From: Owenia fusiformis
Lineage: Eukaryota
NCBI GenBank assembly: GCA_903813345.2
Contig: CAIIXF020000001.1
Location: 9,052,001 to 9,116,000, forward strand
Direction: 5' to 3'
DNA length: 64,000 nt
A program made the position numbers and the translations under genes. Of the stretch, positions 47,401 to 58,443 are shown piece after piece (position 1 is the first letter of the stretch; each line of letters begins with the position of its first letter). Below the pieces are notes generated by a model. It saw only the letters and a list, made by a program, of their open reading frames with translations, did no database searches and had not been told where the DNA came from.

Positions 47401-50400
47401 AAGGCTCATCCATAAAGCCCCAATATCAACGCATGCTAAGACTATGAGGTACACAGATGTTGTCCTAGATCTCATCTTCCTTCTGCAAAGAACACAAAGG
47501 CTTAAAGCATTTCCAAATGTACCAAATACAATGATCAATGGTGACCAATACTTCCAGATTTTATTTGAAGTTTCAGTTGCTTCAGTTGTTTTATATCTGG
47601 GTGTATTTGTCTCTGGTCTTTGCCTCGTAACATTAGTTGTTGAATTGTCATCTGATTCAGGATTCAAAATAAATTTTGCTGGTTCTACCCTTGAAGCGAG
47701 AGGTTCTTTTACTCTTGATACATGATCAAGTCCTGTTGTCTTATTCATCTCTAAACTTTTATTTATTGGTGTGTTTGTCAAACCTAAAGTCACATTGCCA
47801 TTTACATTCCAGGTTGTAACATTTGTTATGAATACAGAAAGTATCATCATTGTAGGGTTTTGCGTTACCATATTTTGAGTTACATTCTCCATCTTCAGTA
47901 GTTCGCTTGCCAACAAATGCTTCACTTCTAATTGCCTAATGTATTTACATTACATTTTGTATGATTTATTTCATCATGATTAGATGGCAAGATTATATGA
48001 CATTGCATGATTCACAAGACACCTATGGGATGTTCTCGGTGGGGTCATCAGATTCTGCCTTTGATTGAAAGTACATGATGTGTCATGGCATTTTACTAAT
48101 AATTAATTGAATTTTCAAGTTTCTAAAAACAGTTTTCAAAATATATTGATAAGCAATATGATGTCGATTTTTTATATCAATTTTGCGAAAGTACTGCTGC
48201 TGTACAGTTGCTGTAGAGTAAATGTGACTGAGACTTTCCCACCCTGGTATCTGTAGCACTTTCCCAGCCTAACCATTTACAATGTACAGTGACAAAATAT
48301 ACGGGTGTACACTTTTGATGTACATTGTCATATTTTGTTTTCCTTTTGACTAAATATATAAGTATGAAATATCCTTATAGTGATAATGCAAACCGCCTTT
48401 TATTTTGAACTAGCGATCTATCATGGGTCACCAAGGGTCACAGCAGCCCCCATATGGCAGCAGCCCCATAAAATGCTAAATACCTGTATATTGATTGTTT
48501 GACTTTGAATTGAGGTGAACTTGTCCAAAGGCCTTGAAATGTCATATATATTTACCTTGACCCTGAGATGACATTGGCCCATAAACATTGACTTTGACCT
48601 CAGGTCACCTAATCATGGGTCGCGAAGGGTCACAGCACCACCAAGGTCCTTAACACACTAAATATCTAGATATTGACCCTTGACCTTGAGATGACCTTGA
48701 CCCATAAACATCGGCCTTGACCTCGGGTCACCTTATCATGGGTCGCCAAGAATCACAGCAGCACCCAGGGTCTTAAATTGCCAAATACCTAGATATTGAC
48801 CTTTGATCTTAGAATGACCTTGACCTCAGGTCACCTACTCATAGGTCACCAAGGGTCACAACAGCCCTCAAGGTCTTTGAAACACCAAATACTTAGATAC
48901 TGACCTTTGACCTTGATGTGACCTTGACCCCACAAACATTGACCTTGACCTCAGGTCACCTAATCATGGGTTGCCAAGAATCACAGCAGCAACCAGGTTC
49001 TTAAAATGCCAAATACTTAGATATTGACCTTTGACCTTGGTATGACCTTGACCTCTGACATTCATAGAATGTCCAACGACCCACTTGGTGTGTTGACCAA
49101 GTATGAGAACCCAAGGTCAAATGGTCTAAGAGATGTATCAAATAGATATATCAAATATCTAGATAATTTGAAGTCACTCCAGTTTTTTATGCAATTTACC
49201 TGCTTATTTCCAAGCAAAAATATTTTTGTAAAAAACAAACACTGAAAAAACGAACAGAATTTGTTTGGACTCTTCACGGCGGATAACCTATACGTCACAC
49301 ATTTTCCTCGAAATATTTCGTACCTAGATTTTCGTAGCAAAGATTTCACTATATTGCTCTCTGAAATGAGGTTCTTATTGGTATTCTTTCCAACTTTACA
49401 GTCAAATTAACAATGTACAGTTGAGTTGACAACAAGCACTTCTGATTTCTAAATTGTAAATAGTTATTTAACCAACCTAAAATTATGTAGTTTAGAGAAA
49501 CATATTCTTAAAAAAATAATCAATGCTCTCAGATGGCAGGAGTAAAAACTCGAGCACTGATCAAGAATATGTAAACATAACTAGAAGGTTAAACATCTTC
49601 CCAAGAGCATGCACATTACATGAAATTAAACACAAAATACTATGTATTTCCCAGATAAATTTTTAAACCTATATGATAGTTTTTGCTTCAAATCATTGAG
49701 TTTACCATAATATTTGACAACGTACACCTACAGTGTACACACGTATATTTTGTCACCATTTGTTGTTGATGGTTAGGCTTGACTTATGCTGATTAAATTG
49801 TTATTTGCAACATGCTCAATTATCACTGTTGTCAAAGTAATTAATAATTAATTTGTAATAAGTAGTTAGGTAATCATACTGTTGTATATCTGTGTATGAC
49901 AATGATAATCTCCTCCAAATCATATGATCCATTTAATCCCAAAATAAACTATAAAAATGCTCATGAATTCACCATTAGCATGGGGGGGAAAGTCTAACCG
50001 CGTATATACAACCTACCACCGAGTAAGACACGCATATATCGCCAATCCAATGTTGGGTAAGGTACATCTCATAGGAAAAAGGAGAATAAAGGTAATATAA
50101 TGTCACTATCAATTTCCTTGGATGGTTAGAATTCTTACTAAGATGTTCTAGCAGGGGGAATTGGGCTAGAATTATTATTGAAATATATTTTTATGTCCAA
50201 ATTAAGAGATAAGTTAAATGTATAATGGTTTTCGATTTGTTTTTCTCATTCATACTCGCTTTAATTGATAATGAGCCATACATAAGACATACTTGGGTCG
50301 GTAAATGTATGTGAATATGCATAATATATTAAGTGTCAAAATTGTAGGTCAAATAGCACTTTTGAACAGCAAAATCTTCACTTAAACTTTGTCCTAAAAG

Positions 50401-53400
50401 ATTTGTCCTGTTCAGAACAGAGTGACTGCGTGTATAAGATTAAAATAAGTTGATCATCTAGGTCTATTTGGTACCGAAAAGCTCTTCAAAACTCTTCAAT
50501 GAGAAGGAGTGAAAAGAATGAACCTCTTTTGGTGCAAAATATTGAAAGAAAAATCCTGTTTTGTGGCGATTCAAGGGCCAAAAGTTGTGAAAGGGTAAAA
50601 TGTTCCGGAACCGAACCGAAATTCTCAATTTGTGTCCCGTGTTCCGTTCCGAGGGCATAATTCCGCGGATTGGGTATCCGTGACACCTCTACTTATTATG
50701 TCTGCAAACGTGAGTGCATGGAACAACAACTATAATATCGGTTACAAACAATTCTGTGTTTTATCTATTTCTCATATTGAGAAAATTCTATATATAAACA
50801 GGAGTTTATTAACTCATCCCCTACATTTCAGACATCTTAGGGTCTTTGCTCGGCAGTAGTTGATCAGTATGGAAGAGCATGGGTGGCTATTCATTCTGAA
50901 TGTGATTTTCTCGACACCCAAGTATAACATGGATAATGGGGTTTCCTCTCTTTCTTAGAACTTAATTGAGATTTTTGTTCACTTATTAAACTATAATACA
51001 CTATTACTGTACATGCTTTGGAAACATTTCAGATTATTTTAAAAGAACAATGTTTTAGCTGATGGCAGTAAATGTACCTTGTACCATGAATCCAAATATT
51101 TGGACATAAAATATGTATATGCTAACTGTTTATTGTTAATTGCAGACAATCCTAACACCTCTGACACAGTCTTTGTTGAACTGGGGAGAACTGGAGAACA
51201 GCTTGCTCTATTGCTGTGCAGGAGTTGAGGTAACATATCAGCTTTGTAGGTTTTCTCCTGATGGTTGTGTCATGTACTGAAATGTAAAAAACGATATGTT
51301 AAAAAGGAGCAAAGCATGTTGTCAATATACTGAATTATTCAAATTTAAACATGTCATATCCAAGAATATCTATCACTAAATGGATCTCTTTAAACTGGTT
51401 ATAAAATGAATTTGTTTCGATAACAAAATGTTGCAGCCTTGGAGGTAGAATTTTTCTTTTTCCATCATTTTATGAGATCTATTCATTTTTGGCACAGGTG
51501 TGTGTACAACTTTATACGTTTCAGAAAATGTGAAGGAATAGTTCACAAGATGCCAGATTCATTGATAAATAATTTCTCACTTTTGTGACATAAACAGAAT
51601 ATTTAAATATGTTTAACATCTGCACTTTAAAGCGTTACAATAGTGAGGAATTATTTTGATCATTCTGGCATCTCATGAACTAATACGTTCACAAATGCTT
51701 CTTGAAACATATGCTGACACAGATCTGTTTTTGTAATGATGTCTCCATAGTGATTTATTATTCCATCGAACGAAGTTGGGAGGGATATAGGGAACACCTC
51801 CGTCCGATATACCTACATGATGTAGATATCCAAATCTTTGTGGAAAGATTGTATGCTTCAGTCACTCTTTAACAAAACATGTGAGGCAGTGTATCTATAT
51901 ATTACAAGACGTCCGTCCATACATACATCCGTATGTCCAGGCGAGAACTCAAATACCATTGGCCCGATTCTGTTCATTTTTTGTACACCCTATGGGGGTG
52001 GAAGTTCTGCTTGAAAGTCGATTTTCAAAATTGTTGTTCGTTTCAAAATGGCAGGCATTTTAGTGCCGATTTTACAGTAATTTAGGTACAATATGTAAAA
52101 CTGTAATAGCTAAAAAAATTATATAGGACATTAATAAAGTTAGAAATGCAGATATTGAAGAAGCACCCTCAGGGGTCATACATTTTCTGACAGAAGGCTA
52201 CATGCAGGTTGCGCTGAGGGGAAATATTTAAAGCCTGATTTAAAGTAATATAAATTGTGAAACATATCGTACATGATTATTCAGTAAGTACAAGTATACT
52301 GTTTGTGTTTCAGATTCTATTTACATTCCTTCTGGTTAGGTTTATGAGTAAACGTCTATCTGACAGGACCATGCTCATCTTTGGCTTTGCTCTACAGATG
52401 GGGGCTGTTATATTCCTCTTGTACTTCCTCCCTACAGCAGAACCAGGTAAATCTCGTCTATTCTGTCTGCTTACTCCCCAAGAAGGTATTGACACTAGAA
52501 ATATGAATCCCTTAATAACATATGCAAGTTAAATCATACAAAAAAGTATGAACAAAGGTATATCGCTGTCTTGTTCTGGCATTCACTTCGTAAATTCTAC
52601 ATACATGCTCATTTTATATTATGGTCAGATTTTGTTAAATTAAAGTTGAGAGAAGCTTTGTATAAAGTAAATTCTTGCTCAAGGTCCATAATAAAGATAT
52701 ACAAAATAAATAAAAATAAAAGCCACCAATATTAAAAATGATGGATCCAGAAAATTAAGTACTAACCATTACCAAAATAAGACAATTTAGAGAATCTCTA
52801 AAAATCCCATATACTTTCATGCCATGACATTATTCTCCACTGAATATTTTCACAACAAATTCTGGGCTATGTTTGCAGGGAACCTATCCAAGAATCTGCC
52901 TATAGTGCTAGTGGGCTTAGCTGCAGATGTCTTTGGACTGCCCTTCCTGATTGTGTGTAGTACTTCTCTCTATTCCAAGATCACACAAGCTGAAACACAG
53001 GGTAAGACTATTGCACACCCTCAGAAAATCCTACAACCTGTAGGAACCATTCCATATTATATGGGACTGCGTGCAAGATACTTGACTTTAATACTATTAC
53101 TGTTGACATTTTCAAAGCATTGAAGCAAATAAGCCCAAAGTTTTGAAACTGTTTGCATCATTTAGTTTGGAGATTACTGGGAATTTTTAATGGTTTGGAA
53201 AAAATAAGGAATACAAGATGTGGGCAGTACAGTTTGAAAAATCATTTCTGAGGTCAGAATTTTGCACTGAAATGGAAAAAAAACATAACTTGCACTAAAG
53301 ACTTTAGCGTGTACTTGTATGACTATGTATCAAAGAAAACTTGACTCTTTCAAGACGTTTTTCACTGCCTCTGTCCTTTTTGTGTAAAATTACAACTCTA

Positions 53401-54300
53401 CAGTAGAGAATATGTAAACCTTTCTTACCTCCATTAGTGGCATACAAAATACAATATACAGAATCAGTTCTAGTACAAAATGTAACTGTGTTCTTATGCA
53501 TATTGAATAGATTATTCAGTCCCACATCAAATATGCTATTGCTGAAGCTACAAAAATGCTTTTGTGTTGCAGGATTTAGCCAAGGTCTGAGGCGTAGTGT
53601 AGGGGGCATAGCTACCATCATGGGTCCACTATGGGCAGGGGCACTGTTAAAGCACCTCTACTTGATGTTTGGTGTGATGCTTGGGCTCATGGTTCTCATA
53701 CTGGTAAGCCACATTTAGATTGACTTAGTGCAATACATTTTTGTTCTGTTTGTACAGTGTACTTTGCATGCGAAGGATAGATTAATAAGCCATTTTAATT
53801 ATTTTACTTGGCCTACCTTTGAAAATTCAAATGTATTGTACATATATAGAGGTAAAGCTAAGAAATGTGAAACAAACATTTCTAAGCTTTTCCTGGTGAA
53901 TTTCAAAAAGTAGCCTTGTTTGATAGTTTAAAGATGAAACTGACTCTTTGACTGTTAATGGTATACATGTTTTTTAGTTAAGTCAGTTTATGATAGACAT
54001 TAGTAATTAAGTTCATACTAATATTAAACTTTTAGCATACTCTTATGGCAAATATTGTCTTCATTATTTGTCATGAATGAGTCAAAATGAAATCAGAACA
54101 TATTGAGTATGTGTGTATGTATGTTTATGGTGACTGTCAATATGTTTGGCTTGTAGGGTATGATGGTGTTATCTTACAAGACTCTGGATGAGAATAGGAA
54201 TTCAGACTCTAATAAACTGTCTATCAACTATGACAACAATTCCACTGAAGAACAAAAACCATTACTGAACAACGAAGATATCAGTGCAGTAAATGCTTAG
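32476..54300 (+). CDS. MFSD8/CLN7-like lysosomal MFS transporter, 12 exons, 602 aa
   Basis: Exons 32476-32551, 34235-34358, 35211-35338, 36069-36188 (or 38004-38123), 39176-39255, 40822-41413, 41647-41720, 51146-51229, 52314-52446, 52879-53001, 53573-53703 and 54157-54300; GT-AG, 1809 nt in frame; MFS motif GRWSD, ARLIAGIG, NKYTSPG, LYSKI...QG, GPLWAG; C-terminal EQKPLL dileucine signal. Confidence 0.88.
33362..33793. mobile_element. ~430-bp MITE-like repeat, copy 1 (copy 2 at ~34657..35095)
   Basis: Two highly similar direct copies flank exon 2; imperfect TIR AGATGCGAGTA / TACTCGCATCT. Confidence 0.75.
34382..34544. repeat. 34-bp minisatellite (about 4.5 units)
   Basis: ACCTTGATGTGTATTGAACTTGAATAAATATTCA repeated. 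Confidence 0.85.
34657..35095. mobile_element. ~430-bp MITE-like repeat, copy 2
   Basis: Aligns end to end with 33362..33793. Confidence 0.75.
36675..37268. mobile_element. Palindromic MITE whose right TIR is interrupted by a 5'-truncated LINE 3' end (~36891-37250)
   Basis: TIR AATAGACGTTTCCGATAAAT; the insert encodes EDEEHFILKC..F..ER (non-LTR ORF2 C-terminal motif), ends in (TAAA)n and has an AATTTA duplication. Confidence 0.7.
38004..38123 (+). CDS. Alternative exon 4b of the MFSD8-like gene (paralogue of 36069-36188)
   Basis: Same length (120 nt) and phases, AG/GT flanks, open frame GIGSGAGSVVIASIARDTMDTERTGIIALVSASGELGLLIG. Confidence 0.8.
43178..44472 (-). pseudogene. Frameshifted rhodopsin-like peptide GPCR paralogue nested in transporter intron 7
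   Basis: Two overlapping ORFs join into a full 7TM; there is a 2-nt insertion at ~43875-43876 in TM3 relative to the intact copy. Confidence 0.85.
44527..45368. mobile_element. Tc1/mariner-type foldback element
   Basis: TA flanks, CAGGGTGG...CCACCCTG ends, ~350-bp imperfect inverted arms. Confidence 0.85.
46128..46571. mobile_element. hAT-like MITE
   Basis: TAGGGGTAC / GTACCCCTA ends; subterminal CGATAC/GTATCG repeats. Confidence 0.6.
46612..47892 (-). CDS. Intronless class A GPCR (FMRFamide-receptor/GPR139-like group), 426 aa from the first ATG, nested antisense in transporter intron 7
   Basis: GNALS, LACVD, SAWILVLVTIERIIAV..PLK, PFTIMIISN, CTLP, NHGINFLLYC..G..FR; long N-terminus rich in N-x-S/T sites. 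Confidence 0.9.
   Translation of the reverse strand: MENVTQNMVTQNPTMMILSVFITNVTTWNVNGNVTLGLTNTPINKSLEMNKTTGLDHVSRVKEPLASRVEPAKFILNPESDDNSTTNVTRQRPETNTPRYKTTEATETSNKIWKYWSPLIIVFGTFGNALSLCVLCRRKMRSRTTSVYLIVLACVDIGALWMSLVPYWLSYINTDIQPFGTSTACKILTFLLYVCVHLSAWILVLVTIERIIAVFVPLKAKSLCGIKVSFISLLVLIPGIICLNLNILWIFDIDDEICSFTGEYKHFWIEQWLWVDGIIATYLPFTIMIISNFAIIGKLTLRNKMGIHTKKKKLTSMTLTLLLCNFSFIGCTLPIVLLMSFSKKWYPNSNDYHHPDYETYGNHWALCNMFYYTNHGINFLLYCIGGPSFRKEILSMMSETSCGRHLAKCLCRKDNSVGISDGSNTN
48262..49782. mobile_element. TIR element upstream of the intact GPCR, containing a ~120-140-bp TGACCTTGACC tandem repeat (~48415-49060)
   Basis: AGCCTAACCAT..TGACAAAATATACG.GTGTACACT is mirrored at ~49731-49779; the element interrupts homology with the upstream region of the paralogue. 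Confidence 0.65.
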
Positions 54301-54400
54301 ATACTTTTATCTAGTAACTAGTCAACATGAACGTGTCTGTGTTTTTAAAATTGTTGATCAAATATTGAATTTATTAAATGTTAAAGTATTATAATTATTA

Positions 54401-57400
54401 TATTATATTTCATTCATACAACATTTGCATTTACACTTTCAAATGTTGTTTTGTGATATGCAAAATGTAGGACTAAGCCTCGGACACTGGCTTAAATATG
54501 TAATATGATGTACATGAACAAAGATCTATGCAAGAATAATGCAAATGTTCAATCTAGATATGGTGAATGGTTACTATGTGGATATACAGGGTGGGACAAA
54601 ATTATCCATATTTTTACAAAATATTGTTAATTGGATACAGGATTCACTTCTGCAAATATTTCTAAAATGGTTTAAATAAATCTCTAGGGTTCCCTGGATA
54701 AGAAAGGTTACAGAAACTAGGGGTCTGAAAATGGATACACAGTTTTTAAGATAATGTTTTAAGTAGCTGTTCTATAACTAAAAAGTAATATCAAGATAAA
54801 ATATGGATTTTTTGGCCACCCTGTAGTAAAGTACACTGTGTTTAATTGGGATTTGCTGATCTTTGTCTTACCTCTCAATCAGTCCAAGCAATATGCAACA
54901 AACAACATGACATTAGCAATCACCGAATAAAACAGTCAGTGAGGTAATAATAACATTATAGAGTAATACAAGAAAATAGATACTGTAGTACTAATTAAGG
55001 AAATACATGTAACTGTATGTAAATCAAAGTTCTTCTCATCGAAGAAAAATTGTGCTCAAAATTCAAATATGTCATCAGATCAAAGAAAACTTAAATCCTT
55101 AATGATGAAATATGCAAATCTCTCAAAAGTCTTTTGCCTAGGCTTATGCCTCTGTAACACATTTCAAGTTAGACTTTTATTTTCATTGTTATTTATTTCT
55201 AAATACATGTGGATTTAATAGGTGTTATATTTAATCAAGTTTACAAATACATGTACATGTGCAATTGTGCATAATTATATCAATTGAAATCACTCTTTCC
55301 TTGTTTGCAGTTCTTAGTAATGTATTATTCATGGTTGTTTTGTTGTGATTAATTTTTTTCTATATTACCATCCACCAGTATGTTTCCTGTTCAATTTGTA
55401 GCAACGCATTGTTGATGTTTACTTGATAAAAATGATTCTGGGAATTCCGATAATTATCAGAAAGTAAACCTCAATGTTTTTGCAAAAAAAGAAATTTTCT
55501 AAAGATCACTTTTACCTAGATCATTTTCTTGGAAGTATCTTGTCTCTAATTTCCTCGTTTTTTCATGTGTTTTCACTTTAAAAGTGTTTAAGCAATACTT
55601 GTAGATATGGCATGTATGGCACAATCATTATATCTTCCTACATTTGTTATGTCACCACCAGAAGTGGTGATGTATTGTTATAGTTTAACAGTCAAAGAGT
55701 CAGTTTCATCTTTAAACTATCAAACAAGGCTACTTTTTGAAATTCACCAGGAAAAGCTTAGAAATGTTTGTTTCACATTTATTATATTTCATTCATACAA
55801 CATTTGCATTTACACTTTCAAATGTTGTTTTGTGATATGCAAAATGTAGGACTAAGCCTCGGACACTGGCTTAAATATGTAATATGATGTACATGAACAA
55901 AGATCTATGCAAGAATAATGCAAATGTTCAATCTAGATATGGTGAATGGTTACTATGTGGATATACAGGGTGGGACAAAATTATCCATATTTTTACAAAA
56001 TATTGTTAATTGGATACAGGATTCACTTCTGCAAATATTTCTAAAATGGTTTAAATAAATCTCTAGGGTTCCCTGGATAAGAAAGGTTACAGAAACTAGG
56101 GGTCTGAAAATGGATACACAGTTTTTAAGATAATGTTTTAAGTAGCTGTTCTATAACTAAAAAGTAATATCAAGATAAAATATGGATTTTTTGGCCACCC
56201 TGTAGTAAAGTACACTGTGTTTAATTGGGATTTGCTGATCTTTGTCTTACCTCTCAATCAGTCCAAGCAATATGCAACAAACAACATGACATTAGCAATC
56301 ACCGAATAAAACAGTCAGTGAGGTAATAATAACATTATAGAGTAATACAAGAAAATAGATACTGTAGTACTAATTAAGGAAATACATGTAACTGTATGTA
56401 AATCAAAGTTCTTCTCATCGAAGAAAAATTGTGCTCAAAATTCAAATATGTCATCAGATCAAAGAAAACTTAAATCCTTAATGATGAAATATGCAAATCT
56501 CTCAAAAGTCTTTTGCCTAGGCTTATGCCTCTGTAACACATTTCAAGTTAGACTTTTATTTTCATTGTTATTTATTTCTAAATACATGTGGATTTAATAG
56601 GTGTTATATTTAATCAAGTTTACAAATACATGTACATGTGCAATTGTGCATAATTATATCAATTGAAATCACTCTTTCCTTGTTTGCAGTTCTTAGTAAT
56701 GTATTATTCATGGTTGTTTTGTTGTGATTAATTTTTTTCTATATTACCATCCACCAGTATGTTTCCTGTTCAATTTGTAGCAACGCATTGTTGATGTTTA
56801 CTTGATAAAAATGATTCTGGGAATTCCGATAATTATCAGAAAGTAAACCTCAATGTTTTTGCAAAAAAAGAAATTTTCTAAAGATCACTTTTACCTAGAT
56901 CATTTTCTTGGAAGTATCTTGTCTCTAATTTCCTCGTTTTTTCATGTGTTTTCACTTTAAAAGTGTTTAAGCAATACTTGTAGATATGGCATGTATGGCA
57001 CAATCATTATATCTTCCTACATTTGTTATGTCACCACCAGAAGTGGTGATGTATTGTTATAGTTTAACAGTCAAAGAGTCAGTTTCATCTTTAAACTATC
57101 AAACAAGGCTACTTTTTGAAATTCACCAGGAAAAGCTTAGAAATGTTTGTTTCACATTTATTATATTTCATTCATACAACATTTGCATTTACACTTTCAA
57201 ATGTTGTTTTGTGATATGCAAAATGTAGGACTAAGCCTCGGACACTGGCTTAAATATGTAATATGATGTACATGAACAAAGATCTATGCAAGAATAATGC
57301 AAATGTTCAATCTAGATATGGTGAATGGTTACTATGTGGATATACAGGGTGGGACAAAATTATCCATATTTTTACAAAATATTGTTAATTGGATACAGGA

Positions 57401-58443
57401 TTCACTTCTGCAAATATTTCTAAAATGGTTTAAATAAATCTCTAGGGTTCCCTGGATAAGAAAGGTTACAGAAACTAGGGGTCTGAAAATGGATACACAG
57501 TTTTTAAGATAATGTTTTAAGTAGCTGTTCTATAACTAAAAAGTAATATCAAGATAAAATATGGATTTTTTGGCCACCCTGTAGTAAAGTACACTGTGTT
57601 TAATTGGGATTTGCTGATCTTTGTCTTACCTCTCAATCAGTCCAAGCAATATGCAACAAACAACATGACATTAGCAATCACCGAATAAAACAGTCAGTGA
57701 GGTAATAATAACATTATAGAGTAATACAAGAAAATAGATACTGTAGTACTAATTAAGGAAATACATGTAACTGTATGTAAATCAAAGTTCTTCTCATCGA
57801 AGAAAAATTGTGCTCAAAATTCAAATATGTCATCAGATCAAAGAAAACTTAAATCCTTAATGATGAAATATGCAAATCTCTCAAAAGTCTTTTGCCTAGG
57901 CTTATGCCTCTGTAACACATTTCAAGTTAGACTTTTATTTTCATTGTTATTTATTTCTAAATACATGTGGATTTAATAGGTGTTATATTTAATCAAGTTT
58001 ACAAATACATGTACATGTGCAATTGTGCATAATTATATCAATTGAAATCACTCTTTCCTTGTTTGCAGTTCTTAGTAATGTATTATTCATGGTTGTTTTG
58101 TTGTGATTAATTTTTTTCTATATTACCATCCACCAGTATGTTTCCTGTTCAATTTGTAGCAACGCATTGTTGATGTTTACTTGATAAAAATGATTCTGGG
58201 AATTCCGATAATTATCAGAAAGTAAACCTCAATGTTTTTGCAAAAAAAGAAATTTTCTAAAGATCACTTTTACCTAGATCATTTTCTTGGAAGTATCTTG
58301 TCTCTAATTTCCTCGTTTTTTCATGTGTTTTCACTTTAAAAGTGTTTAAGCAATACTTGTAGATATGGCATGTATGGCACAATCATTATATCTTCCTACA
58401 TTTGTTATGTCACCACCAGAAGTGGTGATGTATTGTGATAGTT
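54401..58443. repeat. Tandem triplication, period 1379 bp, just 3' of the transporter stop codon
   Basis: Copies start at 54401, 55780 and 57159 and look identical; each contains a TA-flanked CAGGGTG MITE (54587..54823 in copy 1). Confidence 0.95.

Noticed and set aside
55607-57228. Duplicated 80-aa ORF
   Set aside because: Spans the rearrangement junction (unit end + inverted intron piece + unit start), so it is a chance product
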